DNA of 63,083 nucleotides, filler included, from Octopus bimaculoides (taxonomy: Eukaryota): NCBI RefSeq assembly GCF_001194135.2. It is 6 parts of 6 records of this genome, joined end to end, with 100 filler letters (N's around TTAATTAATTAA, not from the genome) between each part and the next. Parts side by side here need not be neighbours in the genome. Positions count along the whole stretch, not along the records: positions 1 to 20,322 come from NC_068989.1; positions 20,423 to 31,535 come from NC_068988.1; 4 more parts are not named here. One strand, written 5' to 3'. This document shows, one piece after another, positions 14,888 to 29,094 of this stretch. Each line of letters begins with the position of its first letter. Positions within the stretch are counted from its first letter, which is position 1. The position numbers and the translations under genes are program-made. The notes under the pieces are model-generated. The model did no database searches and had not been told where the DNA came from. It saw nothing but the letters and a program-made list of their open reading frames with translations.

Positions 14888-15100
14888 TTTATTCTTTTAC
14901 TTGTTTCAGTCATTCGACTTCGGCCATTCTGGAGGACCGCTTTAAAAAACTTTCTTAAATAAGTACATAACTTCAAAGTCTAGTGCTTATTCAAGTGGGC
15001 TTTTTTTTGTCGAACCACTAAGTTACGGGGCTGTAAACAAACCGACACCAGTTGTCAAGCGTTGGAGATAGAGGACAAACACGAGTATACACAATACACA
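14888..15100. mobile_element. Short interspersed repeat family A
   Basis: Motif tcttttacttgtttcagtcatt...cggccat..tggag.accgc...cgaaccactaagttacgggg..gtaaaca..ccgacaccagttgtcaagc. Other copies lie at ~17155-17305, 28060-28230 (inverted), 31660-31825 (inverted), 36655-36835 (inverted) and 50085-50170. Confidence 0.75.
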
Positions 15101-17154
15101 CACACACACACATATACACGACGTGATTCCACACAGTGTCTGTCTACTATGATCAAACTCCTGTGCAGAACGCTACGAATAATAGAAACAGTACTCAATA
15201 CCGGTCGTAAAGTATAGAAAATTTCATTCACTCATCTGAAACTAATTACCTGAACCACAAAAGCTAACATGTGCGTTAAGACATCTGTTTGCTCAGGCAG
15301 TTATTCAGATAGAAATCATGCAATAAACAATATAACAACATGGGTGAAGGGAACATGCATCTCTGATTGGTCAACAGAGATAATATGTTGGCGGAATGTG
15401 ACTTCCGCAGTAAGCCAGGGATATTGTGTAAATATGTGACAAGGTTCATCGCTCTGCTGGAAGTTAAGAACCAGAGAGAATTTATAGTCTTATACGCACG
15501 CATAGCAGAAACGCGGATGTGTTTAATTTACACTTCTCATAACACGTACACAGAAACACACACACACACACACACGCATACACACGTACGCACGCATGCA
15601 CACACACACACATACACACTCACACACGCACGAACACACACACACACACACACACTCACGCACGTACACAGACACACACGAACACACACACACACACGCA
15701 CGCACGCACANNNNNNNNNNCACAGACACACACGAACACACACACACACACGCACGCACGCACACTCGCACATACACACACGCACGCACATGCACACACG
15801 CAAGCACGTGCATACACACACACGCACGTACACACACACAGACACACACATACGCACACACTCACACACACACACACACTCACGTACACACACACGCACG
15901 TACACACACGCATTTATCAACATAAAACAAATAATATATACATATGAAACGTTTTCACATTAACACACACTCACTACCCACCCTCCCTCACACACACACA
16001 CGCATACATATATGCAGTTTCATATATATGTGCGTACAGCCCACAATATGCGTGTACACACATCTTTACGTTCACTAAAATGCATGCTTATGTCTCACTG
16101 TCCATAATGTTTGAATATGCAGATGTGAACGTCTTTTCGCTTGAAAACAAACATATTTCTAATTATGTGAACGTGCGTGTGCGTGTGCGTGTATTTTTGT
16201 GTGAGAGTGCTTGTGTGTATTTTATATATACATATATACACAGACAGACACACACATACATATTTATACATATATATAAACATACTTGAAATTTTATATA
16301 CATATTTATATATATTTAGATACACACACACACACACGCGCATATATATAATAACAATAATCCTTGGATGGAATTTATAAATATTTAATGCATCGCTATG
16401 CGCGTTTCCACAAATCACACGTCGCTTATGATCATAGTCCATATTCCTGGATGATTACAGTGCAGTGTAGTATCCGTGGACATCGGATTGATCATCTTCA
16501 CGGATTCATTTCTTCAGGCGATATGACATTAATGGATGTACAACAGAGGGATGCTAATCCCTTTTGACCAGTATGAAGGTGGTGTGTGAGACTGTCAGAG
16601 TTGCAGAATAATTTATTAATTGAACACGGTTGACATAAGCACTTCTCTTCTTATATACAAAGAGAGAGAGAGACAGAAAGAGAGCAAGTGAGAGAGAGAG
16701 TCAGAGAGAGGGAGAGAGAGTGTGTGATAGAGAGTGTGTGAAAGAGAGAGGGAGAGAGAGAAAGTGAGAGACATAATAAAACGGAGCCTGAAAACGTCTG
16801 GTGCCAAATAAGTCACCGTCGAATCAGCGACCCAAATAAGTGGCACCAAAACGGCTACGCCGAAACTTCTCATTCCCAGTAAAGAATTATTTGAAGTATT
16901 AGTCTTGTTTTAGAGTTGTTTCTGATTTGGGTACGAGTCCAATATTATTTTCGACCTCAGTGTTGGAATCGTACTATACTTTATCGATCCCGAAAGAATA
17001 AACGGCTAAGTTTACCTCGGCAGTATTTTCACTCAGAATGTAAAGAGAAAAAAATATCGCAAGGTATTTTTTCAGACGATCTGTACCCGCTCGCTGCATT
17101 TTGTCTTTTGTAATAAATCTACTTAAATCTACTTTATAAGAATCTTTTATCTTT

Positions 17155-17305
17155 TATCTCTAACTTGTTTCGGTCATAAAACTGCGGCCATGCTGGGGCA
17201 CTGCCTTGAAAAATTTTAGTCTAATGAATCGAAACCAGCACTTTTTTAAAGTCTTGTACTTATTCTATCTTTATCATTTGCCGAACCACTAGGTTACGGG
17301 GGTAT
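17155..17305. mobile_element. Short interspersed repeat family A copy
   Basis: Aligns by eye to 14888-15100 (ctgcggccatgctggggcactgcc...gccgaaccactaggttacgggg). Confidence 0.7.
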
Positions 17306-17698
17306 TAAGTCTGCTTCTAACTTAACTGGCATTTTATTTAATCAGCATGGAAAGGTGAAACGCAAAGATCACTTAGAACGTGTAAAGGCGTAACTGAAGG
17401 TCACAGATATTTTGTTCGACGCTCTATTTAGTGTTTTGGGAAACATTGACAATGAAGGGTTAGCATCCTTTCCAAAGACCATTTTTATTTGTTATCAGAT
17501 TTGGCTCTTCGAAAATTTAACATCGCAGGATTGTAAAAGGTTTGATATACTCCAATTAATGTCTGTGTACAAGAATAATGCTAACACTAAAAGACTTGTG
17601 AATACACAGGTTTTGAGTTAAAATTAACCGTAAATCTTTCGTCGTGTGTCTGTGTGCATGCTTGAGAGAGAGAGCGAGAGAGAGAGAGAGAGAGAGGG

Positions 17699-17735
<37 letters not shown>

Positions 17736-18555
17736 AAGAGAGGGAAAGAGAGAGAGACTGAAACAGAGAGAGAGAGAGAAAGAAAGAGAGGGAAAGAGAG
17801 AGAGAGAGAGAGTGTGTGTGTGTGTGTGTGTGTATGTGTGTGCATACATACATACATACATACATACATACATACATACATACATGCATGCATTAATATA
17901 CACATTATACACACACGCATACGTATATACACGTATATACATCTAAATATATAGAAATCAAACTGTGCTATATATGCGAAATACACCTTAACTACAAATA
18001 AACTCTGTAAAAGATATACACCTGTTGATAGTATATGCTTTACCTGTTTATTTCAGTAAAAGATATAAAGAAACATAAAAAAAGCAGAAGAAAGATTCCA
18101 AGAACGACAGTCAAGAGAAAGGAAGAACTCTTGTGATCTCGAGAAAGAACACAAGAGAATTAACAGAGTGTGAGAAAGGGAAGGGGGTTAAGGGTGGGAG
18201 ATGGGGTAAGAATTGAATAGGGCAGAACATGCCACACACATTGACAATGCTAAGTGGGGTTTCGTCTTATCTGATCACACATCTGAATATGATGGGCTGA
18301 ATGTTAGACGTAAAAGATACAGAAAACTAAACACTAACTACACATCAAACACGGCATCGTACATAGCTGACGTGTGCGTTGCCTATCGCCTGAAAAGCTT
18401 ACTGAATGTAGCTCCTTTAGTCGCACTTGAGATAGACATTGCTTCACAATTACTCGCATTTGTAAAGACCCTTACCAACCCCGTCCCGTCCTACAACACA
18501 ATCATAAGCGTAATCATAATCATCATCATCGTCGTTTCTCGTCGTTTCTCGTCGT

Positions 18556-18594
<39 letters not shown>

Positions 18595-20556
18595 TCGTCG
18601 TCGTCACAGCCGTCGTCGTTATTACCGCTATGTTTTTAATGGCGTCCCGTGAAGAAAGGATTCTGAAACGGAGGTAAATTTCGTCTTCAATCTCGGATCA
18701 GTGGCTTTTANNNNNNNNNNNNNNNNNNNNNNNNNNNNNNNNNNNNNNNNNNNNNNNNNNNNNNNNNNNNNNNNNNNNNNNNNNNNNNNNNNNNNNNNNN
18801 NNNNNNNNNNNNNNNNNNNNNNNNNNNNNNNNNNNNNNNNNNNNNNNNNNNNNNNNNNNNNNNNNNNNNNNNNNNNNNNNNNNNNNNNNNNNNNNNNNNN
18901 NNNNNNNNNNNNNNNNNNNNNNNNNNNNNNNNNNNNNNNNNNNNNNNNNNNNNNNNNNNNNNNNNNNNNNNNNNNNNNNNNNNNNNNNNNNNNNNNNNNN
19001 NNNNNNNNNNNNNNNNNNNNNNNNNNNNNNNNNNNNNNNNNNNNNNNNNNNNNNNNNNNNNNNNNNNNNNNNNNNNNNNNNNNNNNNNNNNNNNNNNNNN
19101 NNNNNNNNNNNNNNNNNNNNNNNNNNNNNNNNNNNNNNNNNNNNNNNNNNNNNNNNNNNNNNNNNNNNNNNNNNNNNNNNNNNNNNNNNNNNNNNNNNNN
19201 NNNNNNNNNNNNNNNNNNNNNNNNNNNNNNNNNNNNNNNNNNNNNNNNNNNNNNNNNNNNNNNNNNNNNNNNNNNNNNNNNNNNNNNNNNNNNNNNNNNN
19301 NNNNNNNNNNNNNNNNNNNNNNNNNNNNNNNNNNNNNNNNNNNNNNNNNNNNNNNNNNNNNNNNNNNNNNNNNNNNNNNNNNNNNNNNNNNNNNNNNNNN
19401 NNNNNNNNNNNNNNNNNNTATATATATAAAGACGATAAGACCATTATTTAAAATAACGATTATACCAAATGACCAGCATGGGAAAAACCGTATAGGTAAT
19501 AATTATTATAGATATCTAATAATATAAATATTATTATAATTAAGGGTACGAGAAGAAAATAGTTGGGTGCACTATCACCCTTGCTGCTGCAGCTGCTACT
19601 ACTGTTGCTGCTGCCGCTGTGACTATTGCTGCTCAGCTTCAAGTCAGCCATGTTCAAAGTCATTTCATGTACCATTTTCAGTCATTTCAAACGTAACTGT
19701 CATCTCCGGATATTAACAACCAATATATCTACGACTACATTTTGCCTAATATTTACTTCTGTGTGATACAGAAGACATTCGTCTGCTGTTTCTAGCAGGA
19801 AGAACAACCACGTATAGACGTCTTTTGCGTTGATTCAAGCTTTAATTGAATTAAGAGATGGCAGAAAAATTGGGTATGTTACAGATTCAGACGCCTATTG
19901 AGTAACGTAAGGATTCACAAAGAGAATACTCAATACGGTATTGAAGCGAATGGGCGAATAAGGGAGTGACTGTACGAATGCCAGAATTTCAGAATGTCAG
20001 AATATGTGATGGATGCACTGTCTTAGATCAATGCTGCGCAAACTTCTTTTGCACTTGCGGTACACTTATGTTCGTTTCAAAATTCGGCGGCACATCTGAA
20101 CTAAAGATATAACTAAATGTATTGGGAGAAAAATTAAATTCAGGTTACTCTGTGGGACATCAGTGTGCCGCGGCATACCGGCTGCGGAGCACTGAAGTAG
20201 GTGGTTGAGCCAGCCAGAGAGGAGCAGAAACAATAACTGGATCTAAATTAGAACTCAGATTTCTGATGCACTTTCTCTTCATTCACCATTCTCTGCGGAT
20301 TATTCTCTCTCTCTCTCTCTCTNNNNNNNNNNNNNNNNNNNNNNNNNNNNNNNNNNNNNNNNNNNNTTAATTAATTAANNNNNNNNNNNNNNNNNNNNNN
20401 NNNNNNNNNNNNNNNNNNNNNNTATGTGTGTAAGTGTGTTCGTGTCGGAGGTTTGCATTGTATTGGTGTGTGTGTGATTTTGCGTTTCTGTGTGTCTTTG
20501 TTTTGGGCGTGCACCTGGGGAGGGGGCTTATGTTAGAGTATGTTGAGCTGTGGTCT

Positions 20557-20807
20557 GTATTTTTGAATAAGATTATTTTCTCTATTTATTCGTGTTTGGT
20601 CAGAAAAAACACATGCATATATACACTTACAATACAATTGTAGCAACCACAACCAACACCCATACACACATACGTAAACAGGTACATGCACACACCTACA
20701 CACCACTCCGGCAACCACAAATCATATTCACACACGCATATTTGCATACATGTGTTTTTTCTGACTAAACACGAATAAATAGAGAAAATAATCTTATTCA
20801 AAAATAC
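20557..20807. repeat. 59-bp inverted repeat (20557-20615 / 20749-20807)
   Basis: gtatttttgaataagattattttctctatttattcgtgtttggtcagaaaaaacacatg and its reverse complement with one mismatch. Confidence 0.85.
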
Positions 20808-22066
20808 ACGCACATGCGCACACACAACACCCTAACAAATATTAATCACACACATACACACTCACACAAACGTGCACACACATACACACACCATCCTACC
20901 ATAGCTAAAACACACACATACTCATATACACATGCCACACACGCACACATACAGACATACACATACATATGGACCATCACACACATACGGTTGCTTACAC
21001 ACACACACACACACCACAAGGATATTTAAAACGACACACCCACTCAGACAGTGAGACACACACACACTCCCACACTCACACACTCCCACATTCACACAAA
21101 ACACTCCCACGTACACACACAGATGCACACATACATACACATACAGACGCACACGTATGCACACACCCTCACACATACATACGGCTGCTCTCTCTCTCAC
21201 ACACACACCACAAGGACGATTAAAACAACACATACATACTCAGAAAAATAGATATACGCACACTCTCACGTACACACACCTAACATCCCCACCCACACAA
21301 AAAACACACAAACACACATTCACACGCACTCACAAACGCACTCACGCACACACACGAACAAACACATATACACATACACACACATGCGCACACACAACAC
21401 CCTAACAAATATTAATCACACACATACACACTCACACAAACGTGTACACACATACACACACCANNNNNNNNNNNNNNNNNNNNNNNNNNNNNNNNNNNNN
21501 NNNNNNNNNNNNNNNNNNNNNNNNNNNNNNNNNNNNNNNNNNNNNNNNNNNNNNNNNNNNNNNNNNNNNNNNNNNNNNNNNNNNNNNNNNNNNNNNNNNN
21601 NNNNNNNNNNNNNNNNNNNNNNNNNNNNNNNNNNNNNNNNNNNNNNNNNNNNNNNNNNNNNNNNNNNNNNNNNNNNNNNNNNNNNNNNNNNNNNNNNNNN
21701 NNNNNNNNNNNNNNNNNNNNNNNNNNNNNNNNNNNNNNNNNNNNNNNNNNNNNNNNNNNNNNNNNNNNNNNNNNNNNNNNNNNNNNNNNNNNNNNNNNNN
21801 NNNNNNNNNNNNNNNNNNNNNNNNNNNNNNNNNNNNNNNNNNNNNNNNNNNNNNNNNNNNNNNNNNNNNNNNNNNNNNNNNNNNNNNNNNNNNNNNNNNN
21901 NNNNNNNNNNNNNNNNNNNNNNNNNNNNNNNNNNNNNNNNNNNNNNNNNNNNNNNNNNNNNNNNNNNNNNNNNNNNNNNNNNNNNNNNNNNNNNNNNNNN
22001 NNATATGTATGTATATATATGTTTGATTATATATATATATATATATATATATAAACATATAGAGAA

Positions 22067-22530
22067 TAGAAAGCGAGTCATAGTCATAATTGGGAAAGAA
22101 AGCAAATTATGTTGGATCGTAGATACAGCATGCCCAACTCACATCAAGGTATGTGATAAGGAAGAAAGAAAAATCGGGAGATATGATTGGTTAGCTTGGG
22201 AGGTAAAGCAGTCGTGGTCGCTGAAAAAGGTGGTAGTGGTATCAATAATCGTCGGAGCCCTGGGAACAGTGAGTAAAAATCTCGAGAAGTACATGGAACA
22301 AATAGGGGCTGCAATAAGGGTGGAGCACCTGCAGAAAGGAGCACTGCTTGGAACCGCTCGAATACTCCGGAACGTGCTCGAATACTCCGGAACCGCTCGA
22401 ATCCTCTGGAACGTGCTCGAAACATAAAAGGTGTTACCTTAGTTCACTGGTAGTGAACAGCTGACACCGTAGTCCATCTCCAGCATCAGAGGCGGTGTAA
22501 AGGCAATAACAATAATAACAACAACAACAT
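22067..22530 (+). mobile_element. R4/Dong-like (RLE-type) non-LTR retrotransposon 3' end with (AAT/AAC)n tail
   Basis: CWIVDTACP..KEERKIGRYDWLAWEVKQSW..VVVVSIIVGALG..LQKGALLGTARILRNVLE* is the restriction-like endonuclease C-terminus. It is followed by a short 3'UTR and an aataacaataataacaac tail. Confidence 0.85.
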
Positions 22531-22544
22531 ACTTATATACTTGG

Positions 22545-22957
22545 CTTATCCCAGATATCACTCTTGAACTTTCCGCATGCTTCTGAAATAGGCTCCTCAT
22601 TTTCAGCAGTTTCTTCTACACTATTTGTTTGGCGATAAAATCTATGGTCTATCTGAATCAAACTTCTCTGTTGATAATGATCAATTCTTTTCTGATATCA
22701 GAAAAGCTTACCTGCTTTTGCTATGTTACTATGTTTAGTCTCTTTCATGACTATCCCAAATTCTTTCCCTCTGACTAAGTATTTTTCCTCAAGAGAATCT
22801 TTGAATCTTGTATTTCCTAATTTGTTTCCAGGCATCTTATTCTACTCAGAACTTGCTTTAAAGTCTTCACTTTAATTTCTAATCTCTCTCTCTCCCTCTC
22901 TCTCTCTCTCTCTTTCTCTTTCTCTCTCTTTCTCTCTCTCTCTCTCTNNNNNNNNNN

Positions 22958-23011
<54 letters not shown>

Positions 23012-23420
23012 ACATTTGCCCCTTCCTAATCTTCCTTGGAAAGATATCTAATCTTCTAGTAACTAGTACCTCTTTTGCATAAATCAATAATTTAGTGTTA
23101 CCAATATTTTTTGTATCTATCCTACTCATTACAGAGTCTACTTTCCCAGTAATATCTAGCAGTGTCCTTCTATTTACACTTTCTAATTCTAGTAACCTTT
23201 TTCTTTAGTCTTTATTCATTGTTTCCTTCAACTCATATAAAAGCTTCTGATCTTCCTCTATTAAGTCGCTTAAATCACTGGTATCAATTGTCCCTTCACC
23301 ATCGGTAGTTCTTTCGTGATCTCTTTTATCTCCAATTCTGTCATCCACTTTCTCCTCCTAATAGCATTATCCTAGTTTACTAGTCTCTGCTCAGTCACTT
23401 CAAACATATCCTTCTCTACC
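22545..23420 (-). mobile_element. Degenerate R4/Dong-like LINE, pre-RT N-terminal region, interrupted by (CT)n
   Basis: Minus translation with stops: KRLLELESVNRR..IDTKNIGNTKLLIYAKEVLVTRRL...LEEKYLVRGKEFGIV..AKAGKLF*YQKR..YQQ....RFY....SDIWDK. This matches the R4/NeSL pattern L..KY...K..RY..R...QN..F...FY...FW..IW. Confidence 0.6.
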
Positions 23421-26400
23421 CAAAGTGTTAATATCTGCTTTCTGTTATTCCTTTTAGATTCACTTTCTAGGTAACACTGTATCATTGTGCTATTTTCTTC
23501 GTTTCTTTCTTGCTATATTATCTGTTGGTGCTACCTTAGGGCATCAGCTGCGTTCAGTTTACTTCTGTCATGAGCCACTGCTGAACGAGAAGCCAGCCTT
23601 TCATAAAATGTCCAGTAACATTTATTCTGTTACCACCAGATTTCTTGGTCAATTTCTTGTCTCCAATAAACTAAAGTAAGGTAATGTTCGTTACCATCAT
23701 CATCACCACTATTAGTATTCGTCATCTGATAGTTTCGAGTTAGTTACATCACTTACTACACTTTCGTGTTGCTGAGGCATGTGCAGCATTGTGAATATTT
23801 TTGTAGTTTTAGGTAAGCATTTCTAAATAGATCACAAATATAGGAATAACTTTAACAGACGCTCAATTATAATATCATACCACAAAATAAAAAAACAATG
23901 ACTTGTAAACATCACAAAGAGCCTAATTCCAGTTGTAACTATCGGGACCACAAAGCTTGCCCACTTGAACAGGCTTGTATGATCAACTCCGTCATATACA
24001 AATAAGTAACAGCAATTCTTCAAGATTATCTAATTGAATAGAAGAATTACATTGGGTTACTCGAAGGCGATTTCAAAGACGTTAAGCAACATACCTATCT
24101 TATTTTAGGAACATGGACGAATGTAAAGCATCTAAGTCGGCTAGGCATGTAAGAATTTGAAGACGAACTCCACACCACGAACTGAATCGTTGATAAAACG
24201 AACCATATGCTAATGGATCTAAAACATGCAGCTTGTGCGAAGTAGAAATATCTCATATTCTTCTTAGATCCAAGAATTCCACCACACTACTTATTCCAGA
24301 TTTGAATTTTTCTTAGTAGGTGCAAACACGTGGTCAGGTTTTTTTTGTCGAACTGGAAAACACCTCCCGCTTAGGAGTGAGTTGCTGTCACGCAGATTTT
24401 GACATATTTTTCGTTACATACTTCCATAGCAGCTGCCCTATTTCTGGTTTCTTCAGAGTTACAGAGGAAGGGCATCTTGGTTTTCTGACTTTAGTTTCTT
24501 AATTTTCGATCCATTCTTCGCACCAAACTTGGTCACATTTTTGTTCTCCTTTCTTCTTACTTCCTCTTACCTAACAGTCCAGTATCTAACGCATAAACAG
24601 AACCTGGAAGATTGCTTGAAGACACATGGTGTATTTTCTAAATATACTCAGTTAAAGTATCATAAAAGCATGAATCTGTTAGTAAAGATGATTTTTAGCA
24701 TAGATGCAAGCCACATAGGAGACAGATAAATGAAAGGAAAAGTCGGTGAGATTCGAAACCAGAACGTAAAGGTACACAACTGAATAATAAAGATATTTCA
24801 TAAATCAACTGTCCTCCCTTCCACTCTCTTTGGAAATAGGAAATGGTAATGACAAGTCAAATATAATTAAAGCACAAATCAGCGACAGTATTTTCTAGCA
24901 TAGAATTAAAGAAACAGTTGTTGTTATAATCTCTCATTCGATTCCTAATAACATTAATTCACTTACCTTTAAGATTCATGACTGTTACAGACTTGCTAAG
25001 TAAACTTCACTTTTGTTTGAAATTTGCCCAAAAAGAAATGTCTTACCAGAAACAATATCTTCTGCCTTTTAATGTTTCTTTTATTCCAGTTTCGATACAC
25101 GGGATGGTATTTTTATTTCTTTTAACCTGGTTCTCACAACTTAAGTATAAAGTAAGGACAATTCAACGTTTATTTTACTTTTCATGATATGTTTAGAAAA
25201 CAATGCGTTCAGGTTTTTTTGTCCAATCTTATAAAGCTAGGCGAACAACTTAAACTTAATTTTCCTATAACTCTAGAAGTTGTCATCAGAATATTTTAGT
25301 TATCTGCAACAGGTTCATAAATTTCAGGACTTATATTGTTTACTCTTTCTCGACAATATGCTTTGTTGTTAAGACTATAAGTAAAATATGAGTTTTACCA
25401 TCAGGTTCGTTAGTTTTCTAATCAATGTCCAGTTCTTTTCACCGATCATCACAAATAAACCAATGGAAACCAGCTACAAGTAATTAAACGGTTGGTGAGC
25501 AAAAATATTATATTTTAACTTAACAATAATATTGACAGTTTTCAGTTGGTTAATTTTAAAAAAATGTTGTATTGGATAATTTATTCTTAATGCTGTCGAA
25601 AGAGGCGTGGTCAGTGATAACATGTAAGATGTTAAGTTTTTGATGAAATGAAGGCATAAATAGGTTTGTATATTTGTATGTTCATAATAGGCAAGGAAAT
25701 TACATTCTAATAAAGGTATCAACATATCAAGATTGGTTTGAATTATTTCGATGTATCCTGCAAACTTTAAATATGTTACTATTTAAAAGAAAAAAAAACT
25801 GAGAAGAAAAAGAAATTGCAAACTTAATTCTAAAATGATTTTCAAATAACAGGCAAGTGAGAGATGAGATGGGGTACAGTCAGCATATTCAGAGGGGTGT
25901 ATGTAATTATAATAGTAAACACAGAGCTTGGAACTTTGACAGCCTAGTGTTGTTGTTTAGCCACAGTTTTGATTGAATCTTGATTGAGTAGCAATTTTCA
26001 TTGAAGATATTATTGCAGCCATTATCATCTCGTCTTTGTTTTCGGGCAGTGTTCATTTTGCAAATATGTTCTTCTAAAATGATAAAGTGTGATACATTAA
26101 ATATTTGATTGTAATTCCTAACAGCTTGAGCAATTGCCTAGAGGTTAGGCTTTCTCATTGATAAGTAATATTCCTTTTTACTTATAGGCACAAGACCTGA
26201 AATTTTGAGGATCGGGAATAGTGGATCATATCGACCCAATGCTCAACTGGTACTTATTTTATCAATTCCGAAAGGACGAAAGGCAAAGTCGTCGTCAGGG
26301 GAATTTGAAGTCAGAACACATAGTGATAGTATATTTTTTTATATTCTGTGAATACATTTGAAATGTAACATCTCAGATATAACTGTCAGTAGTGTAAAAT

Positions 26401-28896
26401 GGAAACTTTTTGTGTTGATAAAGTTTTGGATCTCTTCAATGACAATGCAAGGGTAAAAGAGAATTGTAAGAGTCACAAATCATTATATATAAATCATATT
26501 TGAAGTAAGTTATCACTTTCTTTGGTTGTTGGAGAAATGTATGATGAAGGAGAATGAAACTGAAATATATAATCAAAATTAAATTAATCAAATATTCAAA
26601 ATACAAGGATATTAATCTTAGGAACAGAAACATGACAAGGCGCATGGGTGATTGTGAGTTCAGGAATGTTATTTAAAATGCAAAACAGATAAAACCATAT
26701 AAAAGTCTAAGAAACTCTACTGTTATTTATATAAATACTTATACGTTGTGTGGTTATGAGATAAAGAGAAATATATTATCTTTATCTCTGTTCTATTTAA
26801 TCGGGTGGTAGTGTGTTCAACCAATACTGTTGAAGGCACTTTTCATAGTGGCGACATCTGTTAATGATTTTTACTTTGCATGTAGATAAATTCCAATTTG
26901 TTAAGATTCTCCCGTATGGGGTTCTGTTCATAACACATCTTTATGTCTATTTCAATTTTTTCTGTATCGCTTAAGGATTTTTCACTTTCCCCTTGATAAT
27001 GATATCAATAGCATGGTATTTTCGAATTCAAGATGATAACGATGCTGCCATATTTTTCTTTTCTATACGCCATAAGGAAGTGGTGCATAGTTGTGATAAC
27101 AACATTTATATGTAACTTTTACTATGCCGATATAATATTTACGTTCTGTAAAAGTGGTTGGTGTGTTGGAGGAAACATCCATTCCGTATATGATGCTTTC
27201 AGCATCGTACTTGTGAATAAGGGAGCTTGAATTTGTATTACTGCAGCTGCATTTAGCTTGTATTAATTTTGTTGGTTTGAGTGCTTTGACATTTTTCAGG
27301 TTAGAATCACATCTGTAATTTAACTTCTAACCTTTTTCTACTGAATAGTTTTCTATAGTTTTGGTTGTTGATTATTACACCCTTTCTTATAACGCTTAGG
27401 AATTGTCTTAGCAATACTAGACTTAAAAACATATGGAACATACAATATTGCAATGTTACACTAAATATGAGATAGCAGACGTTTTTAAGAATTGATGTTC
27501 GAAACTTGTATCTGCTCATGTATGTAATAAAAAAGCCGTTTAAAAAAATACTTCATTTGATGATGTATTTGAAATTCCCTTATTTACATTTTGTATAGTA
27601 AAATAAATTAAAAGTGTATTGTATATCTTTTATATTAATATATTTGAGGTTTCTATTAAGTTTGTGTTTGTGGTGGTTGATGAAACAACTAAAATGCTTA
27701 TGCTGCTACGATGTATATATANNNNNNNNNNNNNNNNNNNNNNNNNNNNNNNNNNNNNNNNNNNNNNNNNNNNNNNNNNNNNNNNNNNNNNNNNNNNNNN
27801 NNNNNNNNNNNNNNNNNNNNNNNNNNNNNNNNNNNNNNNNNNNNNNNNNNNNNNNNNNNNNNNNNNNNNNNNNNNNNNNNNNNNNNNNNNNNNNNNNNNN
27901 NNNNNNNNNNNNNNNNNNNNNNNNNNNNNNNNNNNNNNNNNNNNNNNNNNNNNNNNNNNNNNNNNNNNNNNNNNNNNNNNNNNNNNNNNNNNNNNNNNNN
28001 NNNNNNNNNNNNNNNNNNNNNNNNNNNNNNNNNNNNNNTATATATATATATATATATATATCTGTGTGTGCCTTTGTGTATGTGTTTGTCTGCCACCAAC
28101 GCTTGATAACCGGTGATGGTGTGTTGTTTACGACCTCGTAAGCTAGCGATTTGGTACAAGAAGTACCAGGATTAAAAAAGTACTGTACTCCAGCATGACC
28201 GCTGAGTAATGAATGAAACAAGACGAAAAAGTGAAAAGATCTACATATTCAAAGGAACATTTTACAGATTCCGTTCTCTTCTGTGTGTAGTAATAAAAAA
28301 AAAAGACTATCAACCAATAATTTTGTTTAACATAAACTGTTATTTATTTATTTATTTCAGAATTGAATTAAAAACTGATCTCCAGATGGTGTGTGTTGCT
28401 AAGTGGATTTGTTTTTGATACCGTTTGATCATTAAGAGGTAACTAGATTACCATTCACCAGAAATACTCATTTAACCGTGTAAAATCATTATGACGGTAT
28501 GTTAAGATGAAATAAAATACACTGATACAGCAATGATTATCTATTAACTAGATGTTAGTTTATGTTTCGCATTCAGTAACCGGAAGTTACAGTAAATATT
28601 ACCTTTTCATTAGCTTTAAATTCATTGACGATTTAACATCTCAACGTCTATAAGAATACAAATATATTTCTTGTTTCAACTTGTTACTTCGTTTAAATAC
28701 ATGAGCGATCTTCATTTTTCTTTTTCTTTTTATCCCAGTTTGTTTATATCAGGAATTTTTATTTGTCAGTTTCTCAATGATGTCTGTTATTGTTTGGAAG
28801 ACGTTAAAGGCTCTTCAATGAACGTGACGAGCATACGAAGCATTAAGTTGCATGGAGCGGAAACGAGCTGTTTTTAATAATAAAATGCTCACTCAC

Positions 28897-29085
28897 ATTA
28901 TTATTATCATGTGATGAAAACTCACTGCTCAATTTATTGGGTATGATAGAAGATGTCAGCTGTCCACAGCCAGCAGACTAAGGTGACATTTGTTTACTGT
29001 TCATGCTTCAAGAACACTGCGATGAATTCTTGCAGTTCCAAGCAATGCTGATTTTTGTTGGTGTTCTACATTCACACTTGCACCC
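28897..29085 (-). mobile_element. Second R4/Dong-like 3' end (5'-truncated) with (AAT)n tail
   Basis: Minus translation GASVNVEHQQKSALLGTARIHRSVLEA*. The 3'UTR gtcaccttagtctgctggctgtggacagctgac resembles 22430-22470, and there is an (aat)n tail at 28897-28908. Confidence 0.75.
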
Positions 29086-29094
29086 ATCATTTTT

